A stretch of DNA of 64,000 bases from contig JBHGNT010000002.1 in NCBI GenBank assembly GCA_043228905.1, positions 8,184,001 to 8,248,000 on the forward strand, written 5' to 3'. Shown here in pieces: positions 24,106-36,400 of the stretch. Under the pieces are notes generated by a model, which was given only the letters and a program-made list of their open reading frames with translations, was not told the DNA's origin and did no database searches. Made by a program: the position numbers and the translations under genes. Position 1 is the first letter of the stretch; the number at the start of each line of letters is the position of its first letter. This stretch comes from Azolla caroliniana. Its lineage: Eukaryota; Plantae; Polypodiophyta.

Positions 24106-26003
24106 TCCGTAGCCAGAACGGACATGGCTCCCATTCATGTATACCCAAGGCATCACACGTGTGGAGGCTTATTACGTTCACCCCGGAACCTCCATCGATT
24201 ACTGTGCCGGGAAGTTCGTGCCCTTTGACAATAGCTGTAATCACCGGACTATTAGTGTCCACCACCGTCGGTCCCTCCTCCAGATTCGAGAAGAGGACTG
24301 GTGCCGGTGGGGCTATACCGTCTGTCATGCCCGTTTTTAGTCCTTCCGTAAATCGCGGCAGGAGCTGCAAGAGTCTTCCTAATGGCAACGTGATCTGACA
24401 TTCTTGCAGTGCTTGCCATGTCTCGTTTTCTGGGTGGCTACCGCCGGCACTCCCTATGGTGTTCGCCTTTTGCCGTTCCGCGTCCGCGACGTTCCTTTCA
24501 TTGGCTTCCTTCACCCATTCCGTCGCCTGTTTTCGTATGGCCTCTTGTGTTTCCCACTCTTTGGCCATGCCTTTCGACCGTGTGGTTACTTGCTGTACAT
24601 CCGCCACTTCCGGAACCACCATATTAACTGCTGGTCGTTTATCGTAGCTCTTTGCCGGGCATTGGTTATTGTAGTGGCCTTCCTGCCTGCAGTAATAGCA
24701 GTACTCTTTACGGGTATTGCTGGATTCAGCATTGCTGGTATCCGGATTCGGTCCCGTAGTGAGTGGTGCGTTCTGTGCCGGTTGGCTCCTTGGGGTTCCA
24801 TGTTCCGGGTCCCTAGTGTGACCACCTTTCTTGAAATTACGTTTCTTATTATTCTTATTTTTATTTCAGTAGTCCGGTCGTGGTGGATCGTAAAATCGGC
24901 CGTAGTCCTCCTGGTGCCTTCGGTAACCAGGGGAATGGTCTCTGTCGTATTGCTCGTGTCGTCTGTTGGACTCCCGATAACGGTCCGATCGCTCATACCG
25001 GTCGTAGTTATCATGCCGATTCCCGTACCGGCCATCATTCTCTTGTCTGTCTCCGTACCGGACATCCTGTGCCGGTCGGTACCGGTTCATTCTTTGCCAA
25101 CGATCGTCATCTTCGTCTCGACTGCTTCTTGGCTCGATCCGTCGGACGGGTGGTGCTTGTCGGTTTAGCAGGTTATACTCGCACCGGTCCGTTGTATGAC
25201 TCTTGGATTGACAAATCACACACTGGGTTCGCATGGTGCACTCCACTGCCGAGTGTCCGGCATTCAAGCAGATTGTGCATTGAATTGCCTGCCGGAACCG
25301 GAGATCTTCATCTGTGGGTAACGCCCGTTGTAGTGCTACTTAGACTGCTTAGACTGCTTCCGTCGTCCTGGTCGCGAGTTTGTTGTAACCGAAGAGATTC
25401 CTCCGCGACTCTCCGGATCTCGTTGGAGAACGAACGATCCGAGCGAATTTCGTGCGCTGCTTGCTGGAAAGTCTCACGCCGTCTTTGCCGTTCGGCGAGA
25501 CGTCGAGCTCGGTCTGTAACCAGGTCGTGCGTTGGTCTCGTCATCCATTAAGCCGTCGTTCGCTGCGAGAGAGCAGGAATTGTGGTCGCCAAAACTGTGT
25601 TATTCTCTGACCGGACAAGGCCTAACACAAGGTGTCACGGAGACACTTCACCAAAGGGTGATTACGGCATAGGATTAAGATTCAACAATTACACTGACTT
25701 ACGTAGGTTACACGATTAGATCGCTTTTGTTAATTACACGCGTAAGATATAACAGTAAGTACAGAACGGAAATCAACACAGAAGTATAAACACCATATGC
25801 TCTATTAATTATCCGCTGCGATTACAATGGGGTCCGGGCCTTTAAATAGGTTTCCGGCCCGTAGTACAAAACGGTGCCTATCGCACCTATTCGGGATCCG
25901 TCCGGATTTGGAACGGCATACCGTTTCCAGTCCGTCCGTCCATACTAGGCTTATTTACAACCATCCTTCATTAATTCCTTCACTCCGTATTTTGGACTCC
26001 TTG
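24102..26003 (-). mobile_element. Truncated duplicate of the Gypsy 5' end (5' LTR, PBS, gag, protease)
   Basis: Near-identical to 36911-38812; LTR 25598-26003; PBS 25581-25591. Confidence 0.93.
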
Positions 26004-26520
26004 ACGATAGTTGCACACCTTGGGAGGTACCAAAGGATTTAGAACTAGACACATTGTCGTACCCATATCCGTGATACAATGAGGAAGCCGATGAGGAGGC
26101 GCATGTCCGAACTTTCCTCACCACGTGGCAAGCTAACCACATGTCACAACGATTGGCCATGGCCGATGTGGAAACATCCATAATCACCGAGTTCAGATTG
26201 TTGCGAGATGGACAAGCATCAAATTGGTACTCCCAACACGACTTGGGAGAGTTTCAGTTATTCAGTTTTTTCATGATGGGTCCCAAAGCGGGAACTAGAT
26301 TTTTCACAAAACTCAATCGAGTAGGTAATTGATCATGTCTTAACGATGGATAACTATAACACGCCTTGCCAAAAGATGAAGAAATCCGGTTTTGGCAAGC
26401 GGTGAAGTGCACAACATGTTTGAATCTGGGTCTCTCGGCGATTGAGTGCACACTAAGAACGCATTGCCCCATCTGCCACTCCCACGCACACACATTGGAA
26501 CAGTGTGAATACAACCTACT
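26004..26520 (+). mobile_element. Older Gypsy gag relic (capsid part plus zinc knuckles); second copy at 38813-39329
   Basis: YNEEADEEAHVRTFL...DGQASNWY and CTTCLNLG...CPICHSHAHTLEQCEYNLL, homologous to the young element's knuckles. Confidence 0.8.
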
Positions 26521-28060
26521 TGTAAAAGAATGGCATGTGGAAGCTTGTAGACAAACCGGCTCAGTTAGATTACAATAATAAAACAGAGAATGAGGATTTA
26601 ATGGAAGCTTAGAATACACAGTACACGGGAGTGGGAGAGATAGAGAGAGCAGAAAGCATAAACTATATTAAAAAATGATAACATTCTGTACATACAATGT
26701 GCTTAGTGAGCACTTTTATGCAAGTCCTTATACGGACTGACAGAAGTACTCACAAGTACTTCAATGCTCATACGAGCGACTGACACTGACTCCAAGGAAT
26801 CTACCTATGTACTAGGCTAGATTCGTAGGCCTCTAACGGCCTACCGGTTACAATCTGATCCATCTTTACAATCCGGATATGGTTGAGCTTGTTCGCTCAA
26901 CACTCCCCCTCAAGCTCAACTTGAGGTCGGATCGCGGTGTCTGTGTTTGTGGTAGTTGGTCCTCTCCTCCAGCTCCCCCTGGCGTCCTCTCGCCTTGCTT
27001 GCGTTCCTCGATCCGTCTGGTCCCGCGCACCTCGACCTTCTCGGTCGGCTTGTCTGCTCATAAGGCCCATCTCAACTCCTTTGCTATTATGACTTCGGCG
27101 CTTCTTGACTCGTTGGTTCCTCCATGTTGGTGTCAACTTCAGTTGCGTCCTTGTCCGTTTGTCCTTCAGTTGATCTGGCTCCACCGAACCGAACTCCTCT
27201 TCAAAATCGGTTGCCTCCGATTTGTTCCAGCTCTTGTCCGAATTGGCAATCTCCAATTCGTCATCAAGTTTTCAGACCCTTTACCACATCGAACCACGTC
27301 CGGGTCTTGGCCTTCCGGTTGGCTCCATCCTTCTTGACTTTGCCGTCATCACAGCTTATTCCAAATTTATCGGATGTGCCGACTTCTTCAGTCGACTCGG
27401 CTTCCTTTTTCTTCTTCTTGTCTCCCCCTATCTCTCCGCCTCTTTGTCTAGTGCCATCACCTATTTTCCCAGTTTCCGTTCCGGTTCTCCCCCTCAAGCG
27501 TGGCATGTTGAGATGCTGAAGACCAAGTATCTCCGAAAAATGTTGCAACTTGTCTAGGCCGAGAGGTTTGGTGAAGATGTCGGCAACTTGTAGTAGCCGC
27601 CGAAGCCAAATGGCTTCATAGGTCGCAATGATAGCTCCTCTGTATTCAGCCTTAGTGCTCGATAGAGCCACTGTCAACTACTTCTTGTTGCTCCATACAA
27701 TAGTCACGCTCCTGAGAGAAAACATAAAACCGGATGTTGACCGACGATCCGACGCATCACCGGCCCAGTCGGCATCAGTATAACCAACTAATTGTTTGGT
27801 TATACCATGCTAGTACAACAGTCCCTGATCCTTCGTGCCACTCACGTATCGCAGTAGTTGATGCGCGCATTGAAGGTGCTCAACAGTCGGTCACTGCATG
27901 TATTGACTAATCACCCCGATGGGATGGCTGATGTCGAGTCGCGTGATAGTCGGATATATCAAGCTTTTGACAATTTTTTGGAACCGTTTCTCATTGTAGT
28001 CTAGTCCAAAGTTGGGATGTAGCTTCAAATTCTAGTGAAGGGTCGTTGAGATGGGTCGGC
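26521..28060 (-). mobile_element. Copia 3' relic: RT/RNase H, PPT and 3' LTR (26521-26902); second copy at 39330-40869
   Basis: [27 protein letters not shown]; PPT AGGGGGAG immediately before the LTR TG. Confidence 0.85.
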
Positions 28061-29153
28061 AATCAGTCATGCTGAACTTGAACAACATATTCAGAATGGA
28101 AAAAGAAAGTGGTAACTGATGGTGCAGAGCCGAAGAAATTTCCAAACAAAAAGGGCACCTCAGAAATCGCGACAAGTGAGGAGGAGTTGTTGTTGATTTG
28201 TGAGAAGAATGAAGTGAACCTTGTCAGGGATGAAACGACGTGTGGTTGATTCCGAAGCGTCGTTCCATTTGACTCCCAACTGGAAATGTTTCTCATCGTA
28301 CACAACCAATGATCACGGATATGTAAAGGTGGGAAATGAAGGAGCATGCCAAATCATCAATATTGGAGATGTGTGTATGTTAATGTAAACCGAGTGCAAA
28401 TTGGTGTTAAAGGATGTATGACACATTCAGGAGGTTAGATTGAATCTAATATCAACCGATCGACTGGATGATGAAGGCTACACGGATAGCTTCCAGAACG
28501 ACACTCTAAAGTTTTGCAAGGGAATCCTGATTGTGTCCTGATCATGGAAGACAAACACATTGTATATGATGCATGCTTGATTATGTTGGGAGGAAGTAAA
28601 TGTGGCAGTTGGTGCAACCGGTGAGTTGTGGCACAAGAGGCTATGCCACATGCGTGAGAAAGGGATGTGGAATCCTGTCGAGGATAACCTCATTCCGGAG
28701 ATGAAGAATGTGCATCTTGACAAATGCACCAATTTCTTGGACAACAAGCAGAACAAAACCTCCTTCCAATCTAGACCCCTGATGAAAAAGAAAGCACCGT
28801 TAGAACTCGTGCATACGGATGTATGCTATGTGGATATGAAGTCACATGTTGGCTCACAATACTTGGTGACATTCATTGATGACCATTGCCAAAAACTGTG
28901 GGCTTCGATATTGAAGACGAAGGACCAAGTACTATCCGTCTTCAAGGAGTTCCAAGAGAGGGCAGAAAGAGAGACCGGCCGGAAGCTAAAAGTTGTTTGA
29001 GTAGATAACGGAGGTGAATACTGAGGGTAGTTCGAGGAGTACTACCAGTCTAAGGGAATCCAACTCAAATACATTGTGCCGAAGAGGCCAAAGTTGAATA
29101 GGCTAACCGATAGAATGAACTGAACCATTATGGAGAGAGTCTGAAGCATGCTT
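28061..29153 (+). mobile_element. Tork/Tnt1-like Copia protease-integrase relic; second copy at 40870-41962
   Basis: LWHKRLCHM, LELVHTDVC, TFIDD, DNGGEY, with stops. Confidence 0.85.
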
Positions 29154-29456
29154 TGTTGAGAAACATGTCCCTCTGGATGGGAAGACGACAAGTCGAATCG
29201 ATCTGGTCCGCAGGAAAGAACCGAGTGAAGATCAAGGTGGGACGGATTGGATGGATCCGAAGCTAGACTAGATCCGGAAGGCATTCGGCCGACCCCAGAG
29301 ATGAATCCGGGAAAGGAGATACTTGTAAATATGTTCTAATACTCCTATTGAGGCTATATTTGTAAATATCCCTAAAGTTATATTAGTATAAATATAACTA
29401 GGGCAAAAACATTAGGTGCATGTTGTTGAACAAAGTTAGTTGTAACCGACGTATAG

Positions 29457-29496
<40 letters not shown>

Positions 29497-30359
29497 CGAA
29501 CACACCAAGTGCGGACTAAGACGAAGCACGGATGATGAGGCTACGACGGAGCGATGACAGAATGACACAAGAGCATAAAGATAGAAATGAAGATTAAGGA
29601 GAGAAGATGGGCAAAACGAGAATACTAGATTGATATGTCCATGATTGGCGAGGAAGATAGGAAATGAAGCGATGTTCATGATGGTACGGTGACGATGGTA
29701 ACTCTAGAAGCAAGGGCGATGACGGAGATGGGTGATGCTTCTAGTTGGAAGGTGAATAAACTGTCACGGGAAGGCCACATGGTCGCTCACTCGTTCCTGT
29801 TCTATTTCTCGGTGAGGACAACATGGTTGCTCACGCCCGTTGGTGTTCGTGTTCCAACTCTCAGCGAGGACCGTTCCAGTTCCCGGCAAGGACCCCACAT
29901 GGTTACTCATGCCCCTTGGTGTTCATGCTCCCCGTGAGTGTTATTCTCTGACCGGACAAGGCCTAACACAAGGTGTCACGGAGACACTTCACCAAAGGGT
30001 GATTACGGCATAGGATTAAGATTCAACAATTACACCGACTTACGTAGGTTACACGATTAGATCGCTTTTGTTAATTACACACGTAAGATATAACAGTAAG
30101 TACATAACGGAAATCAACACAGAAGTATAAACACCATATGCTCTATTAATTATCCGCTGCGATTACAATGGGGTTCGGGCCTTTAAATAGGTTTCCGGCC
30201 CGTAGTACAAAACGGTGCCTATCGCACCTATTCGGGATCCGTCCGGATCTGGAACGGCATACCGTTTCCAGTCCGTCCGTCCATACTAGGCTTATTTACA
30301 ACCATCCTTCATTAATTCCTTCACTCCGTATTTTGGACTCCTTGCTGGCCGGTAACACA

Positions 30360-30397
30360 TGGCACGCCCGTGGGACAGTACCTTGTACGTCGAACCC
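30360..30397 (-). other. tRNA-Arg 3'-end mimic replacing the PPT (reads as a second, inverted PBS)
   Basis: Sense strand GGGTTCGA-cgtacaaggtact-GTCCCACGGGCGTGCCA-tg-LTR; plus strand LTR-CA-ca-TGGCACGCCCGTGGGAC. Confidence 0.8.
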
Positions 30398-30409
30398 TTC
30401 TCGGCCCCT

Positions 30410-33079
30410 TCATTGTTCACCCAGATTGTCCAAAATACTTTGTTCCAGAGTTTCCACTTGTTCTTCTGGTTGTGGTTGTTGCGGCTGTGCTTGCTGCTGC
30501 TGCTGTGGTTGCGGTTGGGACTGAGGCTGCTCCGGCTGCTCTATAGGCGGCTGCTCCGTTTGTTTCTCTGACTCCGGCATCCCCGTTTGACTGCTTCCGG
30601 TCCGGTCTCCTTCCAGTAACGGTTCCTCATCACTGAGGTTGACCGTAACCGGTTCTCGTGCTTTCTCTTCCCGGATCCGGGACCTCTCGTAGCTTTCAAA
30701 CTGGATCTGCGCCTCCAGCCTGTCGTCGTCCAGCTGAGCTACAAGTTGCCGGACTTGCCCTAGTTGGTCCTCTGCCAAGGCTTGAAAGTCTTCGGCCAGC
30801 TCATCTCTTATGCCGGTGAAGTCTTCGGAAGTCAGCATATAGCAATCATCTCCCTCCTTCCGCCGGTTCTCCACGTCGGCCCGGAGCAATTGGAGTTCCG
30901 CTGCGTTCGTGGCCCACTTGGTCCACCATTTGACGGAACCGTTGTCAATCAAGCTCTTGGTCTGGTTCAACCAGGCCCGCATGATATCCTGGATGTGACT
31001 TGCTCCCATTTGCGCTCTACTTTCCACAACTTGTCGTTCCTCCTTCAACTGCTTGATGAGATTAGCCGTATCCTCCGCCTGCTCTGTGTAGCGCGTCAGC
31101 TGCCCTTGATATGTTGTTTGCAGCCTCTGCAGTACCTCCGCCGCTCTTTCTTTTTCCGCCTGCTGTTGCCTGAGGAGCTCTGTCCGAACCTTCTCCGCCT
31201 CTTCCAACCGTCTTCTGGTTTCCGCTTGTTCATTAGCGTATGCCGTTGCGGTCCGATCAACTGCTTGCCGGAGCTCATCCGTCCGTTCCTTGTGCTCCGT
31301 TTGCAACCGTTTATACTCCCGGTGCAAGTGCTCAAATTCCTCCGTTTTTTGTTTGAGCTTGCCGTTGATCTGGCGATGGTTCCGGTCCTCCCGGTCCTTT
31401 AGCTGCCGGAGTTCCTCTTTCAGGCGCTCTATTTCTGTTTCGGCGTTTCTCCGGAGCCTGTCCTTCTCTTGCAGCATTTTCTCCTTCTCCTCCTTGAGCC
31501 TGTCGTACGCTTGGTGGCCTTTTCGTAAGCTCTCCTCGGCCCGGCGTAGATTCTCAGCAGTCTTTTTGAGTTCTGCCTCCGCTGTCGTCTTCAATTCTCT
31601 TTCGCGGCTCCTCAGCGCTTCTTGGGCAGCTAGCTCATCCTTTAAGTCCGCAAGCTCTTGGGCTTGTGCCGCATTTCTCTCCGGAACGGTTTCCGTTGCC
31701 GGGGTCTGATTGCTATGTACAGGTTGATCTGACGCTTTATTCTGTACATTGCCCGGAGTCACCGGTGCTTGGACTTGTGTTGTCAAAGCCAATTGAGCCA
31801 TTTCCCTTGTGACCCTGTCCAAGTCTTGTTCAAGGCTCCGGATTCTGGACCGGGCCGTCTCTAGATCTACGGTTGTGACGAGCAACTGTTCGTGGTGCGC
31901 TCTCTCCTCCGCCTCTATGTACTCGACCACTCCGGCGATCTGCTCGCCTACCCACCGTAGCCACATGCTACTGGTGCCTTGCTGCTGTACTGGTCGGGTC
32001 GGCTCGTTCACTGTGGAATTGTCTGGCCTGAGTGCCTGTATCTGTCGTTCTGGTTCTACTTCTTGGCCGCCGTGTGTGCTGGCTGGGCTCGCCGGCTGTT
32101 GAGTTCCAGTTCTCGCCGTCTCTGGAGCCGTTGGAATGACTTCTGGTATAGAAGTCGACAAGGCCGGTTCTATACGCACCGGTTCTGGTTCCTCCCTTGT
32201 GGTTTGCTCAGGTTGAGTTGGGGGCGTTTCTTCCTTTTGCGGGTCCGAACGCTCCCCCGCTGTCCCGGCGGTCCTACTTCTTGACCGTCGTTGGAGGTGC
32301 TCTACTGGCTCCTCCGTTTCCTCTTCCTGGGTAGCGGCATGTATCTGTGCTGTCAAGGGTTCCGGTTCCTTCTTCCCGGTCGCCGTATGGTTATCTTAAC
32401 GGGTCGGACCGGTGACACCTCCTCCGGGTCTGGGAGCCGTTTCTTCCCTTTCGTCGCCTTCGACGCCAGCAGCTGCTGTCGTTTGGACGCGGGTTTCGAG
32501 GTGCTTCCTTCCGATAATCTTGGCCGCTTCTTTGGCTTAACGGTCTCGACCGGCGGCACGAGCAATGTTATCCACTGCACTACGGCATGCCACAGCTTCC
32601 GGCCCTCCTTGCCGTCCTTTCCTCGTACCGTGTCGATTGCCGCGCACAAACCGTCTGCGATCAACACCGGCCAATCCACCTTGATCCCTTCATAGGTGGC
32701 TATGATCATCCCTGCCCGATTTTTTGGCATGACAGGGGGTCGGGGGTACACGTGGCCGTACTCATGGAGCACTCGAGCTATCTCCCTGAATAGCGGATCT
32801 TCGCCGCCCTGCGTTCGATAGCCTTTGCCGGCTACAGAGTACTCACCGAAATATCGGATGAGTTGCTCCGAGGTTGGGTTATCAATCTGAAAAATACCTC
32901 CCTCCGGAAGGCCTGTTAGCGCACGGATCGCTTCCTCGGTGATGACTTCTTTGTCGAGCTCCTTGATGACCTGGTCGGCTTCTTTGTGCGGTGGTGCCTC
33001 CATGATGGTCAAGAACCCATCCAGTCCGTGTTGCCTGAGCCATTTCCTGGCCGCTTCCGACAGCGTTTGTGGTTCCATG
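30410..33079 (-). CDS. Gypsy extra ORF3, about 890 aa (plant-mobile-domain-like N-terminus plus long coiled coil), one frameshift near 32370
   Basis: Track ORFs 32353-33378 and 30410-32356 join with a 1-nt indel (RRPG/KKEPEPLTAQ). Probable start MEPQTLSEAARKWL. Homologue at 11170-13760. Confidence 0.8.
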
Positions 33080-33441
33080 TCTGCTTCGAGGTCGAGGAAA
33101 GATGGCGAGGTAGAGTGGTGATGAGAGTGAGAGCGAGAGAGAGAGCGTTCCGAACGTGGGGGTTCTCTGAGTGCAGGTTCGCGTTTGCTAAGCTTCCACT
33201 GCCTTGGTGCTTCTGTGCTTCTTGGCTCGCGAAAAAAAAAGGTCTCCATGCGTTCTTCTTTTTCTCTGTGCGTCTTGGCGCCTTTTTCGAGCATGCGCAC
33301 GTCGTGTACCAATTTAGTATTAAGCAATGTGGCGGCTCTTAAATGCCCACTACGTACCTTTTCGCTCCTTGCTTTCACGTCCGTTCATACCTCGATTTTT
33401 AATGATTTTTTTTTTTTTTTTTTAAATGACGGTATGTGATC

Positions 33442-36400
33442 TTACACATCCGTAGGTCCCTTCGGACCCTTACCGTTTTCCTTGCGGGTTGCCGTGTCTT
33501 CCTTCGCCTCTGCTACGGGTTCCCCGTTGTCTTTTTCTTCCATCCGTACCGTTCCCGGTATAGTGCCGGTGGGCTGCATAAACGGGTTCTTTGGCATCGG
33601 TCCTTTATAGGGCTTTAATCTAAATCCGTTGACCCACTTGCCTAGCACTTCACCGGCAAGTGTCCCTAACTGATAGGACCCGTTGTATTCCCGTGTCAGC
33701 CAATACGGGCCTGTCCATCTAAACCGGAGTTTACCCGGCATCTTGCCCATCTTCGTTTGGAATACTAGCACCGGCTTTCCGATTTCGAACATCTTTTCAT
33801 TACCTTTCCAGTGACGGTCAACGAACGCTTTCCGTCGTCGTTGCTCCAGTTCCATGTGTAGGATGCTGGGCAGCCGTTGCTCCTCCAGTTCGCATAGTGC
33901 TGCTAGCCGCATTTCTTCCGACTCCTTTTCATTCAGCCGTTCCCGTAGTTGGATCCGTAAGCTTGGTACCTGAAATTCCACCGGCATGACCGCCTCTAAG
34001 CCGAACGCTAACCGGAACGGCGTTGTCCGGATACTTGTTTTGTATGCCGTTCGGTACGCCCATAGCGCGCTATGGAGCTTTGTATCCCAGTCCGTCCGGT
34101 TTTCATTGACGATTTTGCGGAGAATGTTCTGGAGCGTTTTGTTGGTTGACTCTGCTAACCCGTTCGCTTGTGGGTAGTACGGTGTGCTCCGTTTATGGAC
34201 CACGGCATAGAACGTTGTTAAGCTTTCAACTACCTGGCCGAGGAAGTGCCCTCCTTGGTCGCTGATTAATTCAATCGGACATCCATATCGGCACCAAATG
34301 TTCTCGTACAGGAATTTTGCTGTGGATGACGCGGTATTGTCTCTCAAGGCCTTAGCCTCCACCCATTTAGTGCAATAATCTGTTGCCACGATGACATAAC
34401 GATTACCTGTTCTCATTGCCGGTGGCTTGAACGGTCCGACAAAATCCAACCCCCACTTCTGGAATGGCTCTAGTGGAAGTACCGGTTGGTGTGGCATCCG
34501 TGCTTGCTCCGTAGGCTGGCCCATTCGTTGGCATAGGTCACATTCCTTAGCATACTTGACGGCGTTTTTTAACGTCGTGGGCCACCATAAGCCGCTCTGC
34601 CATACTTTCCTTGCCGTCGCTTCCCCGACATAGTGTCCTCTGGCAACCCCACAGTGTGCTTCCCGTAAGATTACTTGTTTCTCGTCACTACGGACTGCCT
34701 GTCTCCATATTCCATCTGCTCCTTTGTGGTAGAGAGTGTCCCGTAACAGACAGAAATTGCGGCTCTGCACCGCCAGTCGTTTCCTCTCGTCCCGGTTCAT
34801 TTCCTCCGGTGGCAGGCCCGTGCTTAGGAACTGGTGCATGTTTGTCAGCCACCTATCTTCTGATGCCACCGTGTCGTCCGCTGCCGTTTCCGGGGTGATA
34901 CAGAATAACTCTACGTCCGGGAATTCATCCGATACTCCGTCGCCTGATTCTCCGGAATCTAACCGGCTCAGGTAGTCTGCTACGGCATGCTGGATACCGG
35001 GCCGGTGGAAGATCTCGAATTCGAACTCCTGCAACAGCAAGGTCCAACGGGCCAACTTACCGGTCAGGGATGCCTTGGACACTAAGTACAGGAGCGCCGA
35101 GTGATCCACATGAAAGGAGAACTTCCTTCCCAATAGGTAATGACGAAACTTTGTGACACTGTAGATCATGCCCAGGGCCTCCCGTTCCGTCATCGAATAG
35201 TTCTTCTCCGCTTGGGACAGCTTCCGGCTGGCGTAATATACCGGCCGGTACCATTTAGGCTCCGTAAGTTGCATTAAGGCGCTGCCGATAGCGATGTTGG
35301 AAGCGTCAACGAACACATGAAATTCCTTGCTCCAATCCGGAGGCTGCACGACGGGTGCTTGCGACAAAAGTACCTTCAGGGCATTGTATGCCTTATCCTC
35401 CGTATCCGTCCATTGGAATGGTGTCCGATGTACCGCGGTGTGTAATGGTGTAGCCAAGTCAGCCAAGTGACGGAGCATCCGGCTGTGCCACCGGATCTGT
35501 CCTAAGAATCGGCTTAGTGCTTTGGCCGTTTTCGGCGCCGGTGCCCCTAGTATCGCGTTTACTTTGTCCGGGTCGACCGCAATGCCCTCCTTACTTACAA
35601 TGTGTCCCAGTAAGATTCCACTTGAAACCCCAAAGATGCATTTTGCTGGGTTTAAGCTTAGCCGGTATAACCTACACTTTTCAAGGCATAACCGTAGGTG
35701 CTGCAAATGGTCTTTTCCCCGACTATAGACTGCAAAATCATCCAGGAAAACCTGCATGAAGGCAGGAATGTATTCGCCGAAGATCTCCATGATGATTCGC
35801 TGGAAAGTTGCTGGTGCCGTTTTTAGGCCGAACATCATTACTTCGGCCACGAACACCCCCCATTCGGTGACGAACGTTGTCTTCTCCTGGTCGTCAGGGT
35901 GCATCCGGATTTGATTGTATCCGCTGAACCCGTCTAAAAAACTATAAACTTCATGGCCGGCGACGGCATCCAGTACTCCATCCGTGAACGGAAGAGGGAA
36001 TGCATCCGTAATTGTGGCTGCATTTAGTTTCCTGTAATCTACACACACGCGGATTTTACCGTTCTTCTTTGGGACGACGACGATGGGGCTCAGCCACGTC
36101 GCTTTCTTTACCGGCCGGATGAAGCCCACTCTTAGGAGTTTGTCGATTTCCTCCTTCACTTTGGCGGCGTAGTTGGGGTTCATTCGGTAACGTCTTTGCG
36201 CCACTGGTTTCGCGTCCTTGCCTAAGTGGATCTGATGCTGATATAATTGAGGGTCCAACCCTCACATGTCTTCGTATGACCAGGCGAATACGTCGCGAAA
36301 CTCCGTGAGAAGTTTGATCATCGCCGCTTTATCTTCCGGCTTCATTTCTTTGGCGATGTGTACCGGCTTTGATTTGTCCTTGCTTCCTAGGTTCACTTCG

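Larger units (their letters stand above)
24102..29938. repeat. Segmental tandem duplication, copy 1 (equals 36911-42745)
   Basis: Offset 12809, becoming 12807 after an AG-run length change. About 9 substitutions spotted by eye in 5.8 kb. Confidence 0.97.

Noticed and set aside
23774-24622. 282-aa ORF as a novel gene
   Set aside because: Chimeric read-through of the Gypsy protease into the antisense nad5-like filler and the poly-G run.
32340-32400. Programmed frameshift splitting ORF3
   Set aside because: No slippery heptamer is evident; a single-base loss in a G run or a sequencing error is simpler.
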